Shown here: positions 1 through 10,900 of the stretch, in pieces
Layout: each line of letters begins with the position of its first letter
How positions within the stretch are numbered: the first letter of the stretch is position 1
NCBI GenBank assembly: GCA_965645245.1
Contig: OZ287070.1
Coordinates: forward strand, 2,108,001 to 2,172,000
Source: Massalongia carnosa
Lineage: Eukaryota
Reading direction: 5' to 3'
Length of the DNA: 64,000 bases
The notes under the pieces: generated by a model
What the model saw: the letters and a program-made list of their open reading frames with translations, nothing else
Database searches by the model: none
Told to the model about the DNA's origin: nothing
Position numbers and translations under genes: made by a program

Positions 1-2
1 GG

Positions 3-2621
3 CAGCAACGTTCGCAGCGAATCATCCCAGATAATCAGGCAATTTATACGCCGTCAAGGTTGTCATATGAAGCTGCTCCGTCGAATCAAGCTTCCGAAGC
101 TATTCCCCCGTTACCACCAGTACATGGTGTACCGATAGATTTGGTGAACCAAAACCCTCAAATCCAAAGATATGAACCTGAACTAGATGGTACGCAAGAT
201 CGTAGTAGCTCCGAGAGTGATAGGCGAGTTAGAAGCCTCGGAGAGCGTGATGCGCAAGAGATTCGTCAAGATCTTGGACCTGCTCCACCTCCGGCACCTG
301 TCGTTGCTCCCCCTGCATTTGCACATGAGGCGGGAGCGAAACCTCACAAGAGACCCCAGGCATCCCCAGAGCTTCGCCGTGCTAATAGCAGAATGTCAAT
401 GAACACCCTTTCACAATTAGCCGATGCAGGGCAACTCGGCCATAGCGAAAGTGCGGCTACCTCAGGGCCAATGCTGTGGGATACAGATGGACAAGGGAGG
501 AGTCAAAGTTACTTGCAATCTCATGCTCAACCGGGCGAGGACGGGAGCGGGGCAAGGAACGTGGGATATTCGGAGGATAGGGGGCAACGAGGGGTAATTG
601 ACGACGCTGGCAAGAGTGGGACAAATGCTGATCATTCTTCTACTCTTGAAGGGATGGCAGTAACAATTCCTGGTCGCTCAGCCCCAAAACGTCGGCAATC
701 CGCATTTCTTTCAGCTGATACAAGTCAGCATGATCAACACCAAAACTCTTACCTGGATCGGCAGACCATGCCTACGCAAGACTCGCTTCATCCGACCAGT
801 ACTTGTCTAGAAAATTATATGTCTTCAGCACCGAATTCTACCTACTCTAACACAATCATTTCGTCCCCGTCTAAGGCGGGTCAACCGAGAAACTCCTCTA
901 CTAATATGTATCAGAATGGCTCTACAACTAACTCCAGAGCCCCGGTAGCGGATGCTACGCCACTTCCACCTATCCCTATCGCAGGTCAGCGCCCCGAACC
1001 CTACCGCTTGAGCACCAGCCATAGCATCACAAGAAAACCGCTCCCCTCAAAGCTACAGTCTCCAGTTTCTGACCCTCCTTCACCTACTTCAAGGTCAAGC
1101 TTAGAAAGCCTGCGCGAATGTTTCGTAGATGCAGACGCTCTAGACCAGATCATTCCTCGCGAATCGGATCGCTCGTATACCATGGACAGTAAATATGACC
1201 ATCACCTAGGCGAACATGAAAGTGTTTACGACAACGACTCTACAGTCTCCCCGGATTATGCGAGCACACGCAGATCAACTGAGACGAAACGCTCGAAAGC
1301 GTCGGTGGAAAGGCCTCGGGCTGGAGTTCTAAAGACTGTAGGTATTGTTGAACCTGTACGGAGTGAAGTATTGGTTGGTGACACGCGATATGGATCTGGG
1401 GTGGCGGTTCCGCAAACAAAGCCTGCCATACCAAGCGTCGATTTCGGACCTACTCCAATTTATAGACCCGGAACCAGTAGCCGCGCCTCTACTGCTGGAG
1501 TTCTAATGCAACCCACTCATGAGAGGTCAAAATCAGATAGAATGACACCGAGCCCGCGAAATCAGAGTCCACCCAATGTCCCCAGTACTAGCGATAGCTA
1601 TCCTTCAGAACGGTTGATCGAATCATATGAACGATCTCCAAGCCGCAATCTTACTACGCCGGATGGGGGGCGCCGGACTCCTGGTGGAATAGACAACGAA
1701 CATCGAAGGAGTGTTGCTTGGCAGCCTGGCGCAACAATAGGCAGTGGGAGCCCTAGTGGCCGCCAGCCCATAACACCAGAGCAGTTCGTGCAGCAGCGTG
1801 CGGCGGCAAGTCGGATCACCCCGGTTTATGCCCATGGGAGGAAAGCCTCCGGCCAAGGTACTCCACCAACAGTATCGAGAAATTCTTCCGGCGAGTGGCC
1901 TATCCAACCGCATAGCCGGCAAGTTTCGTTATCCAAAGAAGCGCCAGTTCGCCCACAATCCCGCGGGACAACAATCTCTATGAATCCCTCTGGGGACTAC
2001 TCGGCACACTTGTCTGCTCGTGAGCAGGAGCATGTGGCTCGTGTAACGGGCTCACCACTCATCAACATGGCTACTAATGCAAACAGGCAAGCACCACAAG
2101 GCGGCGGACTGATTGGTGCCATCGAAGCTCGCGAAAAAGAGAAAAAGGACATTAAAGACGGATTGAGCGGTCATATGGTTCAACATGCCATCGCCCAAAG
2201 GCAGCAACATAGCCAAGGGCACCAGAACACCCAACAGCAGTTTCCCACTCCAAGCCCGCAGATGCAGATGCCGGGGCAATTCCCTTCAAGTCCTTTCCTT
2301 GGCGCTTCGCAACAGCAGTATGGATGGACCACCACGCAACAGTTCCCGCCACAACAGCGACAGCAACAGTGGACTCCCCCTGCTGCGCAGCAGTACTGGA
2401 GCGCAACGCAGACCTCTGCGCCTCAGCAGTTGTATCAGGGGCAACTGAGGCAGAGCCCGCAGATTGGCACCTTACAGCAACAGCAGCAGCAAATGACGCT
2501 TCAGCAGCAGCAGGCGGCTTACCAACAACAGCTAGCGTACCAGCAACTACAGCAGCAGCAGCAAGGGCAGCTCAACTCTAATCCACAAAAGCAATACGGG
2601 CCTTATCTGGGTAACAAGTAG
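3..2621 (+). CDS. 3' part of a large S/P-rich, Q-rich-tailed fungal protein, tentatively the Skg3/Caf120-like PH-domain family; 5' end lies outside the window
   Basis: Frame is open from base 3 to TAG at 2619-2621. Blocks LSAREQEHVARVTGSPLINM and GLIGAIEAREKEKK precede a poly-Q tail. The family call is from memory of similar Pezizomycotina proteins; no PH domain is visible in this window. Confidence 0.7.
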   Translation, partial: QQRSQRIIPDNQAIYTPSRLSYEAAPSNQASEAIPPLPPVHGVPIDLVNQNPQIQRYEPELDGTQDRSSSESDRRVRSLGERDAQEIRQDLGPAPPPAPVVAPPAFAHEAGAKPHKRPQASPELRRANSRMSMNTLSQLADAGQLGHSESAATSGPMLWDTDGQGRSQSYLQSHAQPGEDGSGARNVGYSEDRGQRGVIDDAGKSGTNADHSSTLEGMAVTIPGRSAPKRRQSAFLSADTSQHDQHQNSYLDRQTMPTQDSLHPTSTCLENYMSSAPNSTYSNTIISSPSKAGQPRNSSTNMYQNGSTTNSRAPVADATPLPPIPIAGQRPEPYRLSTSHSITRKPLPSKLQSPVSDPPSPTSRSSLESLRECFVDADALDQIIPRESDRSYTMDSKYDHHLGEHESVYDNDSTVSPDYASTRRSTETKRSKASVERPRAGVLKTVGIVEPVRSEVLVGDTRYGSGVAVPQTKPAIPSVDFGPTPIYRPGTSSRASTAGVLMQPTHERSKSDRMTPSPRNQSPPNVPSTSDSYPSERLIESYERSPSRNLTTPDGGRRTPGGIDNEHRRSVAWQPGATIGSGSPSGRQPITPEQFVQQRAAASRITPVYAHGRKASGQGTPPTVSRNSSGEWPIQPHSRQVSLSKEAPVRPQSRGTTISMNPSGDYSAHLSAREQEHVARVTGSPLINMATNANRQAPQGGGLIGAIEAREKEKKDIKDGLSGHMVQHAIAQRQQHSQGHQNTQQQFPTPSPQMQMPGQFPSSPFLGASQQQYGWTTTQQFPPQQRQQQWTPPAAQQYWSATQTSAPQQLYQGQLRQSPQIGTLQQQQQQMTLQQQQAAYQQQLAYQQLQQQQQGQLNSNPQKQYGPYLGNK

Positions 2622-3717
2622 GTAGGAACAAGGGGTCGGTAAACTAGCGGGAGGAGAGAGGAGAGAGGAGAAGGCTTTTCTTTGTACTTAGATTTCTTTT
2701 TGAAGGATCCGGGAGGCGTAGGCTGGTTAGGGGTAGGGAAATGGAGCAAGTGGGAGGGCGAAAATAGCATGGCGTTGCACGGCATAGCGTGGCTGGCTGG
2801 ATTAGGGGTCCTAGAATGGTTTTATCATTGGACATGTTTCCGTTAGCGCCGGTAGGGAGAGGGTGGAAGCATGCATTCTATTAGAAGGTATTCATTATTA
2901 TAAAGGATTCATGAAAGGTCGTACAACCCTTTTTTAAACGAGTTGTTTGTTTGTCCAGAGGGTATAATCGAGGTAATTAATATCTAGGATCTTACTATCG
3001 CTGCCAAACCCCCCCCCCCCCCACACTGAGGATCTCGAAGCTATAAATTCCCACCAATCCAATCTTCTGAACCTCTGATCTCTCAGCCCTTTTACAAGAA
3101 ACCCTTTCTTACTCACAATTTCATTTTCCTTCTCCTCCTTATCAGAAACCCCCGTTTTGCCGTGGTGGGAGGCTTCGGTGAAGGGCAGTCCCCCTCGGTA
3201 CATACATGCTTTTGACGTTTTTTCTCTCCCCCCCCCCTCCCTTTCAATAGATTTTACACAATGGTTTAGTGTAGGTGTGGCGTAGGTAGGTAAACAATCG
3301 GTCAGGAAATGACGATCGATTATGTTCAAAAGATATGTCGCAAAATGCCGATTTCAGGCTATGTATTTGAAAAAGATGCTTGCTTTTGCGGACGCTACAC
3401 CTTTCTGTCGGGAAAGAAGGGGGGCGTAGGAGCATCAACTCGGGGGGTGTAGCGATAGCAAGATCATCTGTTTCTTGCCTTGTCTCAGAACGGTGGGTTT
3501 AAAGACGTGTCTCCCCCAACCCCTTTGTGTCTTTTCCCACCTGCAATGTTCACCACCCTGAAGTCTTGGCTCTGCGGTGTGATTTTTCTTCTCTATTGGG
3601 TATATAAAGCGCCATAGTCCCCTTGAGTAGTGGGAACATATACAATTAGAACGTAAACCTTGATATCGTCATGTCGTCCAAATCCAACCTCCACAGCAAC
3701 CAAGCTGAGGACTTTGT

Positions 3718-5762
3718 TCAAATCCACGCCCACCACTCCACCCGCCCATCCGTTCTTGGCCCAGTCTCCAGAACCGGCCCCGGTGGCAATATCTCCAATT
3801 CCCACTCTTGATTCCTGTTCCCGGCGCCAATGTTCTGCCCCCACGGCTGGTGATCCGTCCGGTGCGCAGCGCCAACGTTTCGTCCCCACGGCTCGTCTGA
3901 AAACGTCGAGGGGCAGTCGTCACTTTGGTCGGACGGCCGACGCACAGGCGATGGGTGATGATTCCTATCATTGTTCGATTTCAGGGGATCGATGATGGTG
4001 GGGGGGCGCTTGCTAGTAGCGGAGGTTAATGTTTTTCCGCTGAAGTTTTGAGTAGTGAGGGTTTCGTCGTCGGTGAGCCGCTCAGCGCCGTCTGGCGAGG
4101 GTTTAGATATGGAGAAAGCGAAGGCGGAGAAACGCGAGCGAACGGGATGAGGGGCGCGGTTGGTGAAGAGAGGACGCAAGATGGGAAGACAAACGCTGGC
4201 TGCGAGGGGCGTAAGTTGATTTTGGAGAGAAGGTGGAAGACCGAGGTGTGAAAGGGGGCGCCTACCTATGCCGAGGTGGCACTCAACTGTAAGCCATATG
4301 CCAACAGGAACAATTGTCCCTGGAATCGTTGATTAGATTGGTGTAAGCCTGGGGGTTCTTCCGGAAAAGCTTACAAGAAACGTCGGTCAGGCGGAACTGT
4401 GTGAGGAGCGGTAACCGCACAATGCACGAAACGCAGACGCTAAACGACAACAGCTCATCAACCACCGGTCGACGGATTAGGCAAAGGCGCTCGAAGGGGT
4501 TCTTACAAGCTTCCAAGCAGAAATATCCCACCAAGGAGAAACTTTTTCGATCTCGGGAGATGGAGGCTCCATAGCCAGGGGACAGGTAAAATTAACATGG
4601 CAACATTAACCGCGAGTTCGGATGAGGTGATACCGTACGAAAAGGCGATCTCATTTACACATTTACCGTCTATCGATCTGTCCCAAAAAGCCTGGACAGG
4701 AAGACAGTTGAACACAACCACGAAAATGCTGGCGATCAGCCAGGCAAGCACAAAACATCCGGTGATAACAGAAAATAACTTGAAATGATCCATGGGAAAG
4801 ATGCGGTGGTAAAAGAATAATAGAGATATGCGAGCCGCAGTCACAGAAATAGCGAAGACGATTTGCTCGAGCCAGTCATGCTGAACACATTAATCGGGCT
4901 CCTTGGTAGATGGGATTGTTACTTACCAATAAGAACATCCGAATATGGGGAAAGCTAACCATCAAGGCATGCTTGCCAAAGCCGAAACGAAGAGCTATTG
5001 CCACACTCGATATTTAGACGGATGTATATTTGCCTAACCACCCACCACTACGAAGGGATTACGCACCACTAATTTGAAGTATATTGACAACGTATCCGAA
5101 AAGCTAATCATGCAAGGAATGGTGAGCATGTTCTACCCTTGCGTTTTCCGAAGCAAGATATAGATCGGAGCATATCATACCAGGGCAATCAGGATGAACA
5201 AATCATCCAGGCCGAATCTTGCGGCCGATATCCGTCTTGCGTAGAAGCGCAGACTTACAGCCACCGTCGAGGCAAGCATCGTGGTTATTATAATGACCAG
5301 GATTTTGATATTTTGACTATCATTCAGGGAGGGAATGATGTTACTGCAGAATTCTTGCGAATAACGTAAAGTGTCTATGAGGAAACATAATCAGCAAAAC
5401 TCTGAAAACCGCAGCGAAGAGAACCTGTAGACACTATACTTTCCGGAAGAGGCCATGGAGCATGGAGTAAGGAGAAAAGTAGCATGAAACGTACCGTCTT
5501 GCTCAAACGGGCTGCACTTCCTCAGGATGGCTTTGACGAGCTTGGAAAGGAACACATCATCTCTGCAGAAACATGCCAGGTCGGTGTGACAGCTGCTGGC
5601 AGCAACCCCTTCAACCAGAGTTGGTTGCTTCACGACCAAGATCAGCCATCGTCGCCGTGAACCCGCGGACCAGTATGGGATTCGGCGCACGCTTACCACA
5701 CAAGCGGGTACGTTTTGGAGGAAGCCCAGCATGGCAGGCGTATACTCGGAGATGGCCGCCAT
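3718..5762 (-). CDS. CFEM-domain PTH11-like 7-TM receptor (fungal rhodopsin-domain family), multi-exon
   Basis: ATG at 5762. The N-terminal CFEM-like segment is PAC..SSCHTDLACFC..RKC..EFC. Spliced exons give PTH11 hallmarks LRFYARR..FGLDD, ARISLLFFYHRIF, CLPVQAFWD, LILPVPWLWSLHLPRSKK and WLTVECHLGIASVCLPILRPL. GT-AG introns were read, e.g. donor at 5696. Stop at 3718-3720. Confidence 0.88.
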
Positions 5763-6897
5763 CTTTGCAACTATCTTTTACTATCATCGATTGACGCGAC
5801 GCTGCTGATGCTGACGATGCTGACGATGCTGAAGACAGACAGGTTTACCCACATTCTTTGCTATCGTCGCGAAATGCGCGAAAGATGGAGGTGAATAGAG
5901 GAAGCGAAACTACCATGGGGGCTAATGTCAGTCTTGGGTTTTTTTGGGACGGGAGGGGAATATGTGGGGATGGCTGAACGTAGTAAATGCCATGATTTCA
6001 TGCACACCGTGACTCAAGTAGGAACGGCAGTTATGTATCAGACCAGAGGTGTATGGGCCATGGAGAATACGGAGTAAAAAGCGGGATAGGTTCCAAGGGA
6101 GGTAGGACTCTAGCGGGCGGCGGGTTGGAGGTGGGAGAAAAAGCACGACTTGGTGACTTGCTTGATGAGTCGAGAATGCCATGATGAGGCCCATGTAGGC
6201 ACGCACGCAAATCCACCGATTCTGATGCTCCGAACGATGGATTGACAGTATTTTTCCTTTTGTTTTTTTCTTTTCTTTTTCTTGTTTCCTTGATCGCATA
6301 TTTAGCGAGACGGGCAAGACGAGGTTGGAAAGAATGTTGGAATTACTCCGCAATGACAAAGTGTTTGCTTACTAACCAAATGCCTCGAGTTCATGCTGCA
6401 TTCCGTCGGCGAGATGGAAGTGAGTAAAGAAAGACGCGCTTAAGGAGAGCCTGCAACAGTTCGGGCGCCTAAGTACAAGGTACCATGCACATTTATTGGT
6501 GTGTTATCATCTGTACAGACAAATAAAGTCTATTCGTCGTGTTCCGCCTTCCTTTTCCGCACTCTTACAGATTACTCTGTACACCATACAATACAATAAA
6601 ATACAGAGTAACTACCTATTCCCTTGCTTCTAAGTGGCCCTTATCATTCATCCTTCACGCATGAGTGATCCATGAATGGCGAAAGGCTAACTGGCCGAAA
6701 ACAGTTAGTGCAAGAATCCACGTAATCTGTCTTGAGAAAACAAAACTACCACCCTACCATTAGGGCCAGCGCTGACAGGAATCGAACCTAATAAATGAAT
6801 TAATGCGACTTCTTGCTCCTTCCAGACTGATATCCGAGAGATACCTGGTAGAACATCACCGAGGAAAGGCTCGATGCGTAGCCAAAATGTTTCAAGG

Positions 6898-7018
6898 CTA
6901 CCCTGCAACCCTACACCCTTACACCCCTGCACCCCTACACCCTTACACCCCTGCACCCCTACACCCTTACACCCCTGCACCCCTACACCCCTACACCCTT
7001 ACACCCCTGCACCCCTAC
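6898..7018. repeat. Minisatellite of 8-bp units (ACACCCCT/GCACCCCT/ACACCCTT) with a 24-bp higher-order period; G-run-rich on the minus strand
   Basis: Directly visible, about 15 units. It generates spurious PYTPAPLH and QGCKGVGV ORF repeats. Confidence 0.95.
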
Positions 7019-7425
7019 TCTGTAAGTACTACGTACACCCCTGAAAGTACGCCCCCAAAAGGTGCACCACCCGGAACCCTCAAGAGTTCATCTTATCCCG
7101 TGTCTACGTACTAGCCTGCATAGTTAACGTACTCTGTAGACCAAACAGAAGATGAAACCGAGCGGAATCAAAAAAGCCTTGTGGACCCTAGTTTCGGTAA
7201 GTACTCGTAGCTGGAAATGGCACTAGAAGGGCTTAGAAGGGCTGAAACAGGTATAGTTATAGCGGCACAAATATCTTCCGCGTCCGGAAGAAACTATGAT
7301 GTCAGTATGTGGCCCTTGGCGTTTACGAACATCCAATTTCCTAAGCGTGGAATGTTCTACAGCCTTGAAACGTTTCCACATTGTACTCCATTAGCCGCAC
7401 CTCTAGGCCCGGCACTCCTTCCAAG

Positions 7426-7968
7426 ATGGCAATCGGGGACGATGAGATGCGAAATACGGCCGAGGGCTTTTGTAAAGCATTCGCCGCGGGATCTTCTCCT
7501 AGGGAAATGCTAGATAAATTCTTCACCACGACTCCCCGAATCACCGAACATGGACCGCCATGGGCAAAGACTCGGCTTCCTTTTTTGGGCGCCTTCCATG
7601 GCCGTCGAAACCATGAGAACAATGAGACTAGTGAGGGGACTACTTGTGACGATTACTATGACATCCTAACCTCGACGCTCTCGTTTCACCCAAGCCCCGA
7701 CACTGTACCACCTAGGGAAGATTTTCTAATAGCTATCCGCAAGAACAGCGAGGGCAAGCGACAGGGCGCTGTAATTATCAAATTGCATGCAAAGTTCGCG
7801 AGTATTAGAACGGGGAAGAGTTGGGAGGAGAACTTTGTATATATCCTGAGCGACTTTGATGATGGTATGAAGATTGGCCATCTGGAGCTTTGGGCAGATC
7901 CTTTGAGTGCCTGGATGGCAGTTAGTGACGAAGGACACAGCGCTCCTGGTGACAGAAGATATGGATGA
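7426..7968 (+). CDS. Conserved fungal hypothetical protein, probable NTF2/SnoaL-like fold
   Basis: Single-exon ORF from ATG 7426, 180 aa. Motifs ITEHGP..LPFLG.F.G, F.SIRTGKSWEE.F.Y.LS.FD and IGHLELWADPLSAWMA suggest an NTF2-like alpha+beta fold (inference). Confidence 0.75.
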   Translation: MAIGDDEMRNTAEGFCKAFAAGSSPREMLDKFFTTTPRITEHGPPWAKTRLPFLGAFHGRRNHENNETSEGTTCDDYYDILTSTLSFHPSPDTVPPREDFLIAIRKNSEGKRQGAVIIKLHAKFASIRTGKSWEENFVYILSDFDDGMKIGHLELWADPLSAWMAVSDEGHSAPGDRRYG

Positions 7969-10900
7969 TCGATGCCGTTGTATCCTTGGAAGCCTTCCGA
8001 TTTCAAATATCTGGGCTTGTTGGCTATACGTCATATGTTCATAGCTAGCATTTCGCTGTTGGAGGATGGCAGCTATGCTTGATCACACGTAGCCTAAGAA
8101 TCGAAGCAGGGGAAAAAAAATCAAAACTCTAAAATATGACAAAATCTTCTGCTTAAGCTTCAATGGCTGCGCAGTGTGAAGCACAATTCAAACTTGAGTC
8201 AGCTGTTGGATTCCCCTGGTTGGCTTTCATGACGTTCCACTGACTGATAAATATCCTACAAGTTACTTCCCATCTTTACTCGTCGTTAAACAACACCAAA
8301 TTTCCAAGATATAAAACATGCTCTTACAGCGCCAAATACGAAAAGCATGATTTTCCTGAGTACTCAGTAATATTTGAAGATTTACTCTGCTAAACGAGAT
8401 TTCTGTTCCGTTTGTGAATTGTCCGTCTTCCCCTTCGCCAAAGCTCCAGTCCAGTATTTCCAGCATTGAAAATCCAATACTTTACTATACGTGCTTTGGA
8501 GAGCAAATCTCTAGTCGCCATCATAACGCTACACGATTATGTTCACAAGAGAGTACTTATCCTATTCTATTATAGCACCATGAGGGACCTATCATAATGA
8601 GTTTTGATTATATTAAAATCTGTATCAGGCTTTATGGATCTGTATCATTCTATGAAGCTAATCAAGAGCTGGGTTGTAGATCAAAAGAACGCCCGTGGGC
8701 TTTCTCAGACGGCAACTATAAGATAAAAAAGGTGTAGTAGGATTTAAGGGAGCGAATCGGATTCCCGTTGCTGAAGTTGCTGTAAAGTCTGCGGAAGGAG
8801 CTTACTATGATAGGTTCAGAATTCTGGATATTGGGCGTCTGCGTAATCATGATATCCGCAACTATTAAGCCATTTATATTATTGTGACGGGGATGAAATA
8901 AGATATCGAGCAGTCTCAACCCTTACAGCTGCAGCTAAGTCTGCCCATGAGATAATAAAATATGCGTTCTCGCTCCACATAGCGCATTGACATGCGGCAT
9001 GCGGGCGTAAACGCCGCTGGTCGGCTTTTGGTGATGCTTTGATTACCGAGATGTCAAGCTATTGTTTGTCAAATATGCCCCATTGAGCTCCCAATGAAAT
9101 AGGTATTTGTGTACACTGTTTCAGTTTCTTAGGCAGCATCACGCGTTGGCGTCTAGTGAATGATCCGCCGAATACTCATGCAACCTGTTCGCTTTTTTTT
9201 CTTCGATTTTCTTGCTTTTAGGTTATTCCTTTACTGTTTGGTATGGCAGGGTTCACTCTAGACTCTGGATTTCTTTCGTTAAGCCCCATGGGTAGGGTTT
9301 GAGCTCAAGAAGAAGAAAGATGCGCTCCTCCAGCAAGGCTGACCAAGTTAGACATCGTGGCTGCATTAAGCTCATCTGAAAGAGCTCAAAAGCGATGATA
9401 GAAAACACGAGCTTAGCTTTTTAAAGCTCGGTACTCGGTACTCGAATTACATTTTACACGGACAGCATGAGGATATCACAAGCCATCGACAAATTCGACC
9501 AAAAATAGTTCTCCTCATAACCCACATAGAAACAGGTCTCATCACGTTTCTTGGGAGAAAGAAGCCAGTTCTCCATCCCACTTGCTTTTTGTACAAAAGT
9601 CAAATAAGAAAGACGATATTTATATGTATTCACCAAAAGCATTAGTGATGAACAACTCTTATGGGCTTTATTGGAAGCTCCCCGTGTTGATACCCCTCAC
9701 ACTTGTCTTATCATTTTCGACCATACCTTTTCTACAACGGGGAACAGCTCCTAGCCTACGAAGAGCTCAATTTATTTTATTTTACTTCAAAACTTGACGA
9801 TTAGAAAGAGGTCTTCTATGCGCTCAAGAAGACGGAGAACCTATACGCGCCTCTTCATGTTTTCATACGGCAAGTGTTTTTGAACCGCCTCTGAAACCAA
9901 TAGGCTCATCCTGTATAAGCTTATAAAAAGTACGTCGACGGCCCGAGCGCGCCAACAGAGTTGCAAAAACCTAACGATCGGTCTACTAAGCTAGATTTAT
10001 GTCTGTATCATTTCTATGAAATCATTGACAAGATATTTACGAAAGCTAATGCGCGTGATTTTTCGATTAATACATTAGCAGTTCCGACAGTATTTCAAGT
10101 AAACGTCTTGTTAAAGGTTTCTCAACCCTCTTTCAAATACAACAATTACCATTCTACCGAGTGCGTATATAAATCGTCCCAAGGAAAGAGAATTAAATGT
10201 GATGGCCGTCATCGTAGTTCATGGTTCTGCTATCAACTTAACTTGAGATCAAATCGAGAAATGCAGGAAAATCGAATAATTCACCGAAGAACGTATCAGT
10301 TTACTAAGCATTCCCTAGTTTTTATTAGTATTCCTCCTGCGGACCATAGTCAACGAAAATTTAACAGAAAATCTTTTTGGCTGCTCGGTCATGCTCTCAC
10401 TTTAATATGCCCTATATTACTTCTGTCAATTCATTTTTTTTGGCTACAAAAGGCTTCTATATATATACATTCCCAGAACCACACTATAACCCCTGCAGAA
10501 TTTGTCAAACGCATAGCATGGGGAGAACAAAATAACATGGGGCAGGAGGGCAAAGTTTTCCTCATGAAAGATATCAGGCAACGAAGTTTGGAAAATTTGG
10601 GTGTAAACCGCAACATCCAAAGCCTGGCATACATTTCATGAATCTCCACCAGAAATTCCTTCACTGATTGATATTCACGGATTATCTTGACTCTATAGGT
10701 GACCTACAACTTTCTATGCTGCATCCACTTTGCGTTTCCTATGTCTTTCTACCATCGAAAGACAACTTAAACATTATCCAGCGAATCCGTGTAAGTTTTC
10801 ACATTCAGATTATCAATACCGATGGAGTTAAAATCATGGATAATTTCGATGATTGAGGATTTCTCATGGCACCCTGTCAAGATCTTTTATCCGTAGAACC

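Noticed and set aside
6778..6788. Perfect B-box GGTTCGATTCC on the minus strand
   Set aside because: No A-box or cloverleaf upstream. A single 11-mer cannot support a tRNA, SINE or TFIIIC-site call.
6898..7018. Interstitial telomere
   Set aside because: The units are 8-bp variants, not the TTAGGG repeat usual in filamentous ascomycetes.
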